Part shown: piece by piece, positions 37,931-51,886 of the stretch | Layout: the number at the start of each line of letters is the position of its first letter | Position numbering within the stretch: position 1 is the first letter of the stretch | From: Octopus vulgaris | Lineage: Eukaryota | NCBI GenBank assembly: GCA_951406725.2 | Contig: OX597828.1 | Coordinates: 40,176,001 to 40,240,000 of the forward strand | Length of the DNA: 64,000 nucleotides | Reading direction: 5' to 3' | Position numbers and translations under genes: made by a program | The notes under the pieces: generated by a model | What the model was told of the DNA's origin: nothing | Database searches by the model: none | Seen by the model: the letters and a program-made list of their open reading frames with translations, nothing else

Positions 37931-39115
37931 CTTGGCAGACGTATGAGCAAAGGCATTGAAGCCGTAATAATCTCTCTTTCTCTTTCTTTCTCCCTCTCTC
38001 TTTCTCTCGGTTTTATGTTTAAAAGTATCCAATCTAGGGGCGGACCCAAGGTGGGGTGGGGGATGACGGGCACGGGCCCACCTCACGAAAAAGAAGTGCG
38101 CCCTTCTAAATAACGTTATTACGCTCTTTTCTCCTGGGATTGTATTCCCTTCTGACCTTGTGCACTCCCTTCGAAAAATTCTTGGAACCGGCCCTGCAAT
38201 CTGTCCTTTTTCAAATAGTATGTGGGGCGCATTTAAGAGGCATGGCTGCTATTTCTAGCAGATCGAGCAACCGTGTCTTGGCAGCACTCGCGTTGGTGGT
38301 GTGTGATAGAGGTAATGTGGGTGGAGGTGTGAGTGGCGGCGGTGTTAGTGGTCATGTGACTGATGATGGTGGTGTCAGCGAGTGAGTGTTGGAGGTGTTG
38401 GAAAGTGTGAGTGGTGGTAGAGTACATGTTGATAGTGTTGTTGCTATCATTGCTTCGCCCCGGGTCGACTCAGATTAATGTATTCCAGCCATGACCATCC
38501 CACGTATTTGGGGATATTTAGGGGTACATTATCCAATGTGGCCTCCTTATTTTTTACAGTGGTAGACTCTTCGGTGTGTAACCTCAGGTTAGTCCTATCC
38601 GAGCACTTTCATAACCCACCCATGACCATCCCATCTTTTTCCAACATTGTCCAATGTGGCTTTCACCTTTTAGGTTGTAATTTGAAAATAAATTTGACTG
38701 CTATTTCTAGCAGAGTGAACAACTACGTAGGGTGGCCCCGTTAGTTCGATGGATATCAATGTCGATAGTCCAGCTACCAGCCCCGGCTCCGCTGATCATC
38801 AGGCGGAGAGAAGCAAACGGTCCAAGGTATCGATCGCTCTCTAACTGGTTCATGATCGAGCCTATAACAATGGAAACCTCAGGCGTTCTCGGTTCCCAAA
38901 CCATATTCCTACTCACCGCTATCGGGGCGGAGAGGGCCATCGTCAAGTGCGAGCCCCGGGCATCGGTGATTGTTCCAGTACATCTCGTTCACCATCCCTT
39001 CTCATTTTATCTCCTGGCACCATGAGGCGGTCTGATTAACAGGAAATTGTACGTTCGAATCCTTAATATAATCAAAACTAATTTCAAAATAAAAATTTAT
39101 AGGCGCAGGAGTGGC

Positions 39116-39162
<47 letters not shown>

Positions 39163-41971
39163 TATATATATATAAAATATATATATATATATGAGAATAG
39201 CGACGAAAATATTAATAACACAATGTACGCATACAAACAAGAAGTCTTATCTTTGAAGTGTGTGCGTGTGTGTGTGTGTGTGTGTGTAGAAACACTACGA
39301 GGGGCAAAGATAGTAGATGTTGTATTGATAGTATTACAAAGTACACATCTTGGGCCCTCTGTTCTTTCTGTGGTTTACTGGAACAACCTTCCATTTGTAT
39401 CACTTCCACATGTGAACAATTTATTTACCAGTGACACTGCTGTATATTGAGAACCACCAGGCCTGCCAGCGTCAGTTCCAGTCTGTGGCTGCTTGCAAAT
39501 GACTTGGTGCAAAGAATCCAGTTCTGGGAAAATGCCAAATCGTTAGTTTCAACCGAGAGAAAGATGTATCACAAAACAGCAGGAATAATTATAAAAAGGT
39601 GAAAAGACATCTTTCATCTCAAACCCAAGCCTTCCACTAACCATAACGCAACCAAATCTGCATCCAAAATATTAATCTTACGCTTTGGGATCGCAAAACT
39701 TTGATCAGTCACTGCACATCTACAAAGTATAAAGACCGAAAATAAAATAATGGGCCAACATCTGGGACGATGTTACAGCTACACATACAAGCATCCTAGA
39801 CCGTTAACTCTTTGACAAAGTCTCTACTCACCAACACACTACAACCACATCCTATCTACAGCGTACTGTTTCCTTTTTTCTGTTTTGCTAATATTAACTG
39901 CAACGGCCTCTTAAAGAAACATACTCGGAACACTGGTTAACTTGGAAATAAATAACTTATTTAGCTGTGCCAAAACAAACAAACAAAAAAAAACGGACAA
40001 ATCTATTCTAAATTGAACCATTCAGTCTTTAAAAAATGACACTAGTTAATGTAGTTCTAGATATTTTATATCAATCCTCACGCAACAAAAATTTTACCAA
40101 AGTAAAATTCGACATACACATCTTTGATTCTCGAAGTTCCTTGAAAGTATGATTCTAGCTTAGCTCACACTCATCCTTCCCTCTTCTCCACCGTTCTCAT
40201 TCACTTTCTCTCAAAAAGGCATACATATTTTCTTCTGAACATACAATTTATAATTTCGTAGTTAATGTACAGTTTGGATTCTGCAAAGTCCCAAGCAAAA
40301 ATAAATAAGAAAAATTACAATAACTGAAATACCAGATCATTGAATTATTGCGTATTCGGAGCAAGGCAGCTTTTGGTACCGTCTGAAGTGGCGGAAAGAT
40401 CCCTTATTAAAAGAATTCCTATTCCAAGAGTACCGGAACGGGAGAACCTTAGTGCCTTTAAATTTTAAGACTTAAAATACAAGAGCTGAGTTGAGTTTTT
40501 ATATTAGATAGAGGGGGTACCTGTTAGATAAGGGGCTCATGTTTGGTTCCTCAGGCAGTGAACCAGGTGTTGAACAACACGCCTCTTTTAGACTCTGTTC
40601 ACATCCACTTGTGTACTTTTAGTATAATACTGAGGCAGAATCAGTTTGAGACTGACGGGGGACAACGCTGAGCCTTAAAAAGAAAAAAACTAATTAAACG
40701 AAACTTTCCTCCACGCAGGAAAGATGGGTAAATGGGGAAAATGTAAAAATGGATATGCGACGATTTATTCTCCGTTATAAAATACAATGATTGCCATGAA
40801 ATAACATAAGAGGTTACAACAAAGATGTGAGAGACTTCGTGGTTAGGCTGGAATGTTGATCTTGTAGACATAGTCCACGTACTGTTTGGTGGTGTGCAGA
40901 GGCAGCCGTTGGTCTGTTGATTGTTTGGTGTTCATACAGCAACGATGTAGGCACGCGTCTCGTAGAGATGAAAGCTGAAACAGGCTGGTGTCAGATACAC
41001 CGTTGCCAAAGACGAGATGCGTGTGGTCAGTGGAGTGTGCCAAAGACCTAGAGCAGTCGAGAATTGCCGTTCTTATAGAGATCAGTAGGCTCCGAGAGCT
41101 GGTGATTAATTTCCCGCGTAAGGAAAAACGAACTGTTGCACCAACACGATTGGACGGCTGGAAACCGTCCAATACAAACAACAATTTCAGCTAATCACAA
41201 GGTCATGTGACCTGCTGGAACGAAAAGGATTGTGGAGCCGATATCCGGGTATTTAAGCCTAGATAACCAACAACGAAAACATATCACACACAATGACAGT
41301 GTAAATCACTTCTGCTACACAGTTTTTGTCAATTAAGATCTAAAAGCACTTACCCAGGGTGTAATTGAACCAAAGATCTCGTGATTGTGGAGAAAATACT
41401 TAAACATTCGGTCACGCCTGCGCACGTTGAACTGAGCTTTTGCTTTGAATTCTTCCCATTTTCATCCATTTTAATCATCCATTTTAAGCACGCGTGCACA
41501 ACATTTGACTGTAAACTGATCCATTTACACTTTTGTAACACCATATAGGTGATGTCAATGTTCTTTGGCGGGAAAGGTCTGTGTCTGCTTTTATCACATA
41601 TGTCTCTTCTAAAATTTCTGCTGTAAATGTTGTTTTAGTATTACCACCCCAAAGATTCATATGCTTGTCTGTCATAAGATTTAAAGTTCCGACCTCTGTA
41701 AGGTTGGAAATTTAATCTTATAACATTTCTGTTGATGCTGAAGTTTCCTTCGTAACACTGAGAAGTTTATGGGTTTTCGCATCTATCTCTCGCTCGGTTC
41801 TTGTAATAATGTCTGGTCGAAAAGAACAAAGGCTAAACGTGGATGTTACGATAGACAATACGAATGTTCTGAACGCAATATGCTTGTTCTGTGCTGTTAG
41901 ATACAACAATCATGTTAATTTCTAACATTGACACAAGGCCAGAAATATTTGTAGAAGAGTGTAATCATTTA

Positions 41972-42097
<126 letters not shown>

Positions 42098-42287
42098 TTA
42101 TAAGTATACATACACGCACACAAGAGCGAGAGCGCGCGCACGAGTTTGTGTGTGACTCGAGATGTTTGCCTTGCCTTAGCGTTTGTTGTCCTCTTTAACA
42201 AATATATATCCGCCATATCGGAAATCTACAATGGCTCCATGAGTCCTGTCTCGGCTATGAGCTTGGAGCCCTAGTAATCTGTTATAG

Positions 42288-42550
42288 CACTTTGGACAAG
42301 TGTTTTCTACTATAGCCCCGGGCCGACCAAAGCCTTGTGAGTGGATTTGGTAGACGGAAATTGTGTCTATGTCTGTCTCCCAACCATCATCCGATAACCA
42401 ATGTTGGTGTGCTTATGTCATTGTAACTAAGTGGTTCGACAAAAAGAGACCGATAGAATAAGTACTAGGCTTACAAAGAGTAAGTCCTGAGGTCGATTTG
42501 TTCGACTAAAGACGGTGCTCCGGCATGGCCGCAGTCAAATGACAAAAAAA
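42288..42550 (+). mobile_element. SINE family B, 5'-truncated
   Basis: GGCCGACCAAAGCCTTGTGAGTGG...GGCCGCAGTCAAATGAC. Confidence 0.8.
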
Positions 42551-43093
42551 ATAAAGGAATACATACACGTACACACATTCGTGTATACATCATTCGAATA
42601 CGCACATATACAAACATATAGATGCATACATATACACGTGACAGAGATAAGTTTGGCTTTAACAGCGTCACCACTGAGCTTGTCTGTTACGACTCTCAGA
42701 ATGTAAGCGGTTTGCGGGCAGCAAGGCCGTAAGGCCTGCTATATTTGTGCGTTGTCTTTCAATCGCTATCAGTGATTAGGTATGCCTGTTGATATAGCAG
42801 CTTTCTACTGGCTGAGTGGTTGATGAAAACTTAATTTAGGTAATCTGCGACTACAAATTCGCAAAGCTCTGTGCGCCATGAATGTAGTCCTCCCCCAACA
42901 TACATACACACACACACACACACACTTTACGAGTAGGCATTCACTACTCATAACTCTCCTTCCCAAGTTATCGAGAAAAAACAGCGGGAAGTTACTTACA
43001 CAGTCTCACTCATGACTATCCAGGAAATGGCTAACAAGTATTTCCTACCGACAAAATAAATAAATAAATAAAAGCACCGGTAATAGCGCTTTC

Positions 43094-43241
43094 GGATCTT
43101 TTCTACGTTAAACTTACAAATTACAATTTTGTTTTCAATTTTGTTTACAATAATGTTTTCTTTTGACACATTCTACCAGTATATGAAGTTTCAAATTGTT
43201 TAGTTAACTAGAAAATTCCGTCCATCAAAAGGAAAAGATCC
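43094..43241. mobile_element. Short Merlin-like MITE relative (copy 4)
   Basis: GGATCTTTTC...GGAAAAGATCC; TSD GCGCTTTC/GCACTTTC (7/8); shares ACACATTCTACCAGTATA.GAAGTTT with copies 1-3. Confidence 0.7.
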
Positions 43242-43244
43242 GCA

Positions 43245-43835
43245 CTTTCTTCTACGCTGTTCGTTTGCTCCTGGCTTGCTCAGGCAGCTTTAAACCTTCC
43301 TTTTATGAGACTGCACCGAGTACATTTCTTAGCAGCAATGCTCCTTTGACTTTGGATTGTTGCTGAAGTCTTTAAGAGAGATTTGAGAATGTCCTTATAG
43401 CATTTGCACTGCTCACCGACTTAGTTCTTTCCTTCAACAACGAACAGTAGAAAACTCGTTTGGGAGGTTATTTTCTATTCTGGCAACATGACCGACAAGT
43501 GCAACTGGGTTCAGTGTAGAACAATGTAGACCGTGGACAATGCGATGCGATTGAAGGCCTCGGCGTATGAGACCTTGTCCTACCAATAAATACACAGACT
43601 CTTAAGTAAGTAGTTCCAGTGGAGTCTATTGATCTTATATTTTATTCCAAGTGTGACTACTATAAACAGTCTACGTCTGACTGGTATGCAATAAGGTTTG
43701 GTAGAAAAACGGCTCTGAAACATTTCAACATAGTTTGAAAGCTGAGACCCTCCTCGATCAGACGTTCTTGAGAAGTCTGCCGAAGGCAATAATGCTTTTG
43801 CAAATGTGAAACTCTTCTATTGACTTCCTCATTAA
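43245..43835 (-). pseudogene. RTE-clade LINE 3' relic
   Basis: Minus strand EEVNRRV, KSIIAFGRL and KCYKDILK-like motifs, with many stops. Confidence 0.55.
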
Positions 43836-44053
43836 GTGCGTGCGTGCACATGCGCACACGCTGCTTTTCTGAAGTCACTAAACAACGAAGAAGGCTGGGA
43901 TTTACGTAGACGACAATCAATAAGTATTGCTACAACCATACACAAAAGCTCATCGAATTAAATAGTGAAATAGAACTATGGAAAAAGCAAAATAATGACG
44001 TAATACACGAAGCAAATCCGACCCGACAAGGAGATATATTAAAGCAAAACATT

Positions 44054-44108
<55 letters not shown>

Positions 44109-44175
44109 GGTAAGAAAATGTCAAAGGTGATATAATAGGTATGTACAATAAGTGCTCGGATCAAATCAAGAGCAT

Positions 44176-44330
<155 letters not shown>

Positions 44331-45237
44331 CCCTCCCACCAAACCAACCAGCTTGCAGTGACGCTGCAACAGTTTTAAAACATCAATAAGAGTAAAAACA
44401 CTACGGTAATGGTACAACAACATAAAACAACAGAACAGAATCATCAAAAGCTGGCGTGTGTTGTTTCCGGTTTGAAATTTCATCGTTTGCAGATAAGAAA
44501 ACTACTGATAATTATGCAAGCAATATATTGAAAATCTCGGTCAAAGTCAATTCACTTGATCCTCCTGTGAACCCTACCCACTTCAAATAATAATAATAAT
44601 AATATATAATAATAACGTGTATGTGCGCAAATACATAAACTAAACAAAATTGAGCAAAGAGTAATAATTCAGGGTGGCTTGTGGTGTATATATAAACAAC
44701 ATATACCAGTATATCAAATATCATACGACATAAATTTTTGATTTATTGAGATGGTCACCGCCTCTAGAGGATGATGTGTCGCATGTACCTAATGTCAATT
44801 GGGGACCAGTTCCATTGAGATATTGGTGGGGTGGGGGCCAATAGTCTCAAGAAACGAAAATTCTTTAAAGTTGGTATGCGATTAAAGAAAAATACAGGCT
44901 TATTATCTGGAGATAAGTGAACAGCCGCGGTCACATGCTTCTATTGCAACAAGCATCATCAGCAAGACAACTGATCTATTCTAACACAATCTCCAGCAAT
45001 CAAGGGACATAGACATATCTATCTATCTAGCTAGCTCTCTCTGAGTGTATATATATATATACTATATTTGTTCCACGTCCTCGCGTTGTTGTGTTTTTTT
45101 TGTGCTTTCTTGTTTGGATTAACTATATATATATATACTACTAACAATATAGGATGAAGTCCCTTTCTCTACAGAAAAGGAATCCATCAGAAAGCGTGGC
45201 AGTATATTAAAAAGCCCATTACGGTTGAAGTATAAAC

Positions 45238-45357
45238 ATCATATAATTAAGGGCTAAAGAAAGGTTATTCTAAAGCCAATACACTGATTTGTCCACTTAT
45301 AAGTGGATAAATCAGTGTATTGGCTTTAGAATAACCTTTCTTTAGCCCTTAATTATA

Positions 45358-45361
<4 letters not shown>
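45238..45361. repeat. 124-bp spacerless palindrome
   Basis: Symmetric about 45299/45300 (CCACTTA|TAAGTGG) with a single G.T mismatch; abuts (TA)n. Confidence 0.95.
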
Positions 45362-45417
<56 letters not shown>

Positions 45418-45777
45418 GTTAATATCGAGTAGTGAGAACGAGTGTTCAACACCGTATTGGTGGATAAATATTCTTTATTTGTGGGATAACCAGGCTACAG
45501 TTGGTTTCATGTTGAAAGAGACATTTCCCAATAATTAAAGTCTGCCATCAGGGACGTTGGTGTTCATCTCTATGTTGGATATCTACATACGTGGGAAATT
45601 CTGTCTGTGGGCTTTAGTTCTTTACCTAATTAAGGCCGTTCTGCATACTCTCAAACGTTTACCGAAGTCGGTTCAATCTACTCCGACAAATGTGTGCGGG
45701 CTACGCTTATTGAGAGGGCTATACTTTTCCTTCGTCACAAATGCATATATTTTTTGTAAACTGAGTCTTGTGACATC

Positions 45778-45808
<31 letters not shown>

Positions 45809-46339
45809 TGTGTGTTTGAAGGTTACATTGAATTGTGTAATGGAATCGAGTTTTATTGAATCAAATATGTATTAGATACACGGGAAAAGGTAATTATATA
45901 ATTATATTCCTTTTGGAAATGTAATTATAAATACTGAAGTACTAAAACGTGTGAACTGATCTTTTAACTCCCAATACACTCACAAACACACACTTTAAAT
46001 ACTTTGTAATCAACAAAAATGTTCTTTTTTATTTTGTTTTTAAATACAAAATCCAGACTGTAGAAAGCTACAGGATCCCCACCCGAAATCAAGTTAAAAG
46101 GACACAAAAGAATATTTCAATAAAATTCAAAAGATGGTTGGTCCTTATGTGAGAGAGAAGTTAAGCTAGGAATGGCGAACTTAGTGGTGGAGAAAGGATT
46201 TTGAGCAGTCAGGAACAAGGAAACATTTTGTAGCCATACTTTTTTATCCTTTTACTGCATAAATCGGATATATACACTCGAAATTTCATCACCTTTAAAT
46301 TCGTAACACAGATCCATGTTTGTCAAATGTATCTCTTGA

Positions 46340-46701
46340 GCAAAGCGAAATGTCACTTTTCAGTTTGTATAGTGCTAGTGCATGCATATACAACTGCGTG
46401 CGTGCGCACATACGCGAGTACTGTCCAAATCTCCGACCAATCACATACAGCTAGCTGGCATTCAATTGGCGTATCAAGTTTCAGGCATTTTGATTGAGTT
46501 TTGGATAGAAAATTCAGAAAAAAGTCACTTCTATTGAGTTTTTAATGGCTTTGCAGCGTGATTGGGGAAATGTAATGATGTGCACGACCATCCTTGGATG
46601 GTTTTGAATGACCATAGAAAGTGCGACCCCTCTAACTGAAAAATTGTGGATTTGTATAAAGGACATGCACGCAGACATTTTGCCATTTATATATAGAGAG
46701 A
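46340..46701 (-). mobile_element. Probable Helitron 5' portion (second family)
   Basis: Minus strand begins A|TCTCTCTATATATAAATGGCAAAATGTCTG, same style as the 5.3-6.2 kb Helitrons; 3' CTAG end not located, so the left boundary is approximate. Confidence 0.45.
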
Positions 46702-47249
46702 TATCTTAGTATTGCAACATGTGTAAGATACTCGACTTTGGACTGTTGAAACAGTTTAATGCAGAGAAATACATGATAGATAACATATTATGGATGATAT
46801 AATAGAGGTAATGTAACATAGAACAGGCAATAAAATGGATAGTGGTGCAATGTAAGCGTACTGGATTCATAACTCGGAGTTCTGTAGATCGAAACTACGC
46901 TGTGCGAAGAATGGATACTATTTTTTTTATATATATTTAAACATTGCAGCTGAGGTGTCTACAAATATATCAACCCTGTCAATGTATATATATCTACAGG
47001 GGTGGGTACAAATCACACTATGCAATAGAAATTTATTCAAGATCATGAGGTCACCAAGTGACCAGAGAACCCCAAAACCCAAAGTGGTGTAGTAGGCAGA
47101 CACAAAAAAAAAACCCTCAGCTTTTCGCTTAATATGTAGGATTATCCATTTATCTAAAATTAAAATACATATATGTAAGCATTTATGTAAAATTAAAATA
47201 TCTATGTGTAAGTGAAAGTCCAATAACAGGATTCTAAAGAAATTAAAAT

Positions 47250-48130
47250 GTCTACACCCTCAATTTCTTATCTCCGCCTACGATTCCTGGGTAGCTCACG
47301 GTGGGTAGTCTTCAGGCACCTCTTCCATATGTTCCTATCAGAAGTAACCCTAACTACTCTTTCCGGTTGGATTCCAAAGTGTGGTCAACTGAGATTATAT
47401 ATATCATTATCCAACATCTCGTATTTGGTCTACATCTAGGTATCCTGCCGGTCGGTTCAGCTTGAAAAATTCGTCTTGTGATTCTTCCCTGCGACTTTCT
47501 AATCGCATGTCCGTAACATCGGAGTTATGACCTCTGAATGCGGAGAAATCGTGACTTGGCTTGGCCAGGAGAGATTCCTTGATCTCCGAGTTACGCCCCA
47601 TGTCGAGTAACCTTACTCAACTTCAGAGGAACCCTATTTTGACCGCTTGTATTTGCGATCGTACTATTTTGGTCATTCATGACTGCAAGTGAGGGTAGGC
47701 ACGAAAACCGAATTGAAGATTGCAAGTTTGGATTTTTATCTAACCACTCGTCTTTTGAGGATCGAACACAAGAGCCGGCGCATTACTATGCCAGCACCTG
47801 CAATTCTAGCATCCAATTCAGCCTCCTGCTTCCTATCACTCGTGACTAATGCCCCCAGATACTTAAACTTCCGAAGTAGCCTCAGTGAGGTTTAACTTGC
47901 ATGCAGAGTGAAGCGGGAGTCACGGGCTTCACAACACCAATTCTTATTCCTCTCTTGCAGCACTCTGCGGTAAACCCATTCAGTGCATGCTGGAGATCGC
48001 TGTCTGATGAGCCACATATCACTATGCTATCTGCAAATAACAGCCAACCAATCTTACACCCACCGAGTATGATATCACTTCCACAACGGCTGCGCATGTT
48101 AATCCAGTTCATAAAAAATTTGAGTAACTG
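47250..48130 (-). pseudogene. RTE-clade (Rex3/Expander-like) LINE RT C-terminal relic
   Basis: WLLFADSIVICGSSDSDLQHALNGF, KFKYLGALVTSDRKQEAELDARIAGA, SIFNSVFVPTLT, RSQIQAV. Confidence 0.8.
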
Positions 48131-49413
48131 ACCGGAAATAGGACATTGTTATCAGTGAGTAGAAACATGACTGATGTACCAAGGTCCAATAAAATCTCAT
48201 TAAATAAGTCCTTGTCTTCTTTAGTAACTGCCATAAAGGTTAAGCATAAGAGGCAAAACAAAAACGATAAGAAAATATAGTTAAATCACTGCACAAAATT
48301 AACCTCTGATTGATCAATTTTATGCATGAGAACATGTGGATGTGGCCTTTGTGAGACACCATTCCACTGAGCTACAAAATTTTGAGGATCATTGTTCTAG
48401 ATAGTCGCTAGAACCGCTAAAAAAAAGGAACCATATTCCAAACGGTCTAGAAATAGGAAGGATACATTAGATAATGGGATTCTAAATGAGTAATATTTGG
48501 TAATAGCTAGAATGTTGTTGATCTGCTCAATTAGGGCTGATATGCAGCTAAAACAACAATTACAGTTTTCATTGCCTTTCGAACTGAGTCCAACTGATTT
48601 CAAAATAAATTGCATTCTAGAGAACTTGGGATGTCTAGCAGACCATGTATATAGACAATAAGTTTCAGTTAATTTTTTTTAATACCACGTATATTTAACG
48701 TTAAGTCGGAAGAAATATTGAGTAAGTAGGGAAAAAAAAAAGACTAATTTGATACACCAAATACGGGAGACAATTCCGAACATGTTTTGATCTAATTCTC
48801 ATCTCATCAGTAGTAAAGTGTAACCTTAACCATACTTAGCGGAGCAGTGATAAAAAAAAAATTATGCTAAGTGTAAATATATTCGATACTGTTAGAACTA
48901 TTACAGTTGGCTCAACCAACAGATATGCATGCCTTGCCGACTGACGAGACCAGTTCCCACGTTCTTTACCCAAAGACAAAAGTGTGTGCGAGTAAGATAA
49001 AACATATGTTTAGATATTCTCAGAGAAGAAACAAACGGAGCGAACAAAATACTGATATCACACGTTGCCGCCGCATGTTTTATTCGTCAAGAATAATACC
49101 CGAAACGATATGGGAGCGGAGTGACGGAACGGATGACTCTCTCTCTCTCCCTTCTTTAAGAGCTGATTGAAAAATGAAACCAACTGAACGCAACTGCCTC
49201 ATCTACCGGGGTGCCAAGCTGCAAATCAGGCAATCTACTTCTATGTTCTGTTTCTGGGTATTATGTTCGATTTTATTTATACTTTTATGCCAGAAGTTTC
49301 ACGGATGCTAACAACAGGTGATTCCTTCGTTTTGGGGTCCATGACATAAGAACAGCTATGATCCGTTTCCTATGAGTCTCTTCAATGCCGTAATGCATTC
49401 ACACACATACGCA

Positions 49414-49450
<37 letters not shown>

Positions 49451-49572
49451 TCACACGTACTCACTTACGCACACATACCTATGCACACACACACACACAC
49501 ACATAAATGTAACTTTAGATGTACAACTGCAACATGTGATGTACATACTCGCACAAACACGCACGTAGATGC

Positions 49573-49618
<46 letters not shown>

Positions 49619-50254
49619 ACACACATTAGTTTTCATACCAAACTAACCCTAGTGATGGGGTTTAATTTCTCATCGTTTATGTTTGTTTATTAAACAAACG
49701 TGCCTTCATATCAATATCAACACACAGTGGTAGGGAAGAGGCAGAATCATTAGAGCGTAGAAAAGTATACGTTGCATTATATACTTACTACCTTTTAGGT
49801 TCTGAGTTCGAATGCCGTTGAGGGCGGCTTTGCTTTTATTTTCCTAAGATCGATCAAAATCTTCCTGGAATTAATAATGGTTTCGATATAATCGACAATA
49901 TTCCTCATCTTAAATTTTAGATTTTGTGCGTTGAGTCGAAATTATAGTTCTGCCAATGAAGGAAAGAAGCCAGTGTACTGGCATTTTCGCTCCGAGTTCG
50001 AAACCCGCTGAGGTCGAGTTGGCCTTTAATTTTTGTTGTCGATAAAATAGGGTGATCGATTTAAGGCGAGAAAAGAGACATATCGATTACACGGTTTCGA
50101 TTCTAAAATGAAGCCATTGTATTTCATAATGCTGACAGGAAATGTATGAACAACACATCGCTTCGTGCGGATTACACTTTTTCATCCTAAATAGAATGAT
50201 TTTTTTTCCGTTGCATCGCGTAGTTTCATAAGATAAACGAAAGCAAAAAACGCA

Positions 50255-50810
50255 TTAAACGTATTCCCGTGGAGGGGAGCACTGTACCCAGTGCCGCGTT
50301 AAACATAGTCCGTGGAGGGAGGGAGTCTAGTGAAAGTGTCGGATTAAACGGAGTCAGTGACGGGGGCTAAGTCTAGCGAAAGTGCCGGATTAGAGGGAGT
50401 GCGTGGATGGGCTTTAATTCTAACGAAACTGCCGGATTAGAGGGAGTTCGTGCAGGAAGCTGAGATTAGCCAAAGTGCCCGATTGGAGGGAGTCGTGGGA
50501 GGGGCTAAGTCTAACCAGTGTGCCGGATTAGAGTGAATCAGTGGAGAGGACTAAGTCTAACCAAACTACCGGATTACAGGGAGTCCGTGAAGAGGGCTAA
50601 GTCTAGCCAAGGTGCCGGATTAAACGTGGTCCCTGGAGGAAGGGGCGGTTTAGTCAAAGTGCCGGATTAAATTAAGTGCATGAAGGAGGAGGCAGTCTAA
50701 CCAAAGTGCCGGATTAAACGTACTCCGTGGAAGAGGAGGCAGTCTAGCCAAAGTGCCAGATTGAAAGTAGTCAGTGGAAGAGGGGACGGTCTAGCCAAAG
50801 TGCCGGATTG
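50255..50810. repeat. Minisatellite, about 12 diverged units of 46-47 bp
   Basis: GTGCCGGATT-like motif recurs at ~50292, 50336, 50382, 50429, 50475, 50520, 50566, 50612, 50659, 50706, 50753 and 50800. Confidence 0.9.
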
Positions 50811-51886
50811 ATCCCAAGCTATTTCAGTATACCCTGCTCCCCGTAACAGCTATTTGCGATAAAGGACCCACCATTATTGCAAATAGCTGCTTATGCGGAT
50901 GCACTTGTAAACATTTACCCAAACACATACAAATACATTAATAAAACAAAAAAAATACAGTTCTATATTTAAGAGATGAGGAATTATGTACATTATTTAC
51001 ATTTGACGGATATTTGTCCTCATCTTGTTTGTTGTTAACACAACGTTAAATAATGTAAAAACAAAAAACATGACTTCATAAGATATTTATCTTTATTTAG
51101 AAACCTACAATGAACAGGTTACACAGGGTACAACCATAAAGTTCACACCATTCGCTACAACGAAAGTTTATTATTTGGCTAAAAATGGACAGTTTTTCGG
51201 ATTTTAAACGTCTGTAACTTTTCCGTCAAATTTTTTTCTAAATAAATTCTATGGTTCAAATGAATAAGAAATGGGTGTTTAATATGACAAATTTTCAGAT
51301 TTTAAAAACTTTATTTTAAAAGGGGACTGTTTTTGTGACTCAGACTAACTTAGATCTAAGTGCAATGGATACCATCCTCCAGAATTCGCTACTCATCTGA
51401 AGTACATATGTATTTCAACGATTTCTATTAAATACACTCGCTTTCTCGAGCATATAAAATCCTCTTCCCGGGTGACAATAACTTAAATGTCAGATTGTGA
51501 CACAAGTTCTAGCCGTTTTCATAAGGGAAATCGGAAAGGTTTGAAATGTACCAAAGAGCACTCTTTCGATAGCCAATACGTTGATCTCATAATTGTCGCG
51601 TGTTGGAAATAAACGCGATTACCAAAATTTTCTTTATAAGACCATTTATTTGTTTGGTTGGTTTTTTTGGGGTTTTTTTTTCATTTCAATTTGTACATTT
51701 GTACTCCCGATTGCGTACAAGCGCATATTGTAAAATGACGCCCTTTATCTTTTAATTATTATCTACTGATATCGAAATAAGTAGTATATTGAAAAATAAA
51801 AATATTTTGTAGTGGGTGGGTGGTGGGATTTGTGATTCCAAGGGTCAAAAGAGGGGAATTTGGCCAAAATGGGTTGAGAACCTTTA

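Noticed and set aside
40350-41260. Possible old Tx1/L1 ORF2 C-terminal relic with a small hairpin at 41150-41172
   Set aside because: Similarity is too weak to call by eye; an 8-bp stem is expected by chance.
48765-48815. Hammerhead ribozyme on the minus strand (CTGATGAG...AAAACATGTT)
   Set aside because: GAAA core is mutated and stem I does not pair; similar failures at ~8875-8915 and ~45485-45555.
50255-50810. CRISPR-like array
   Set aside because: Eukaryotic context, spacers homologous to each other, no cas genes.
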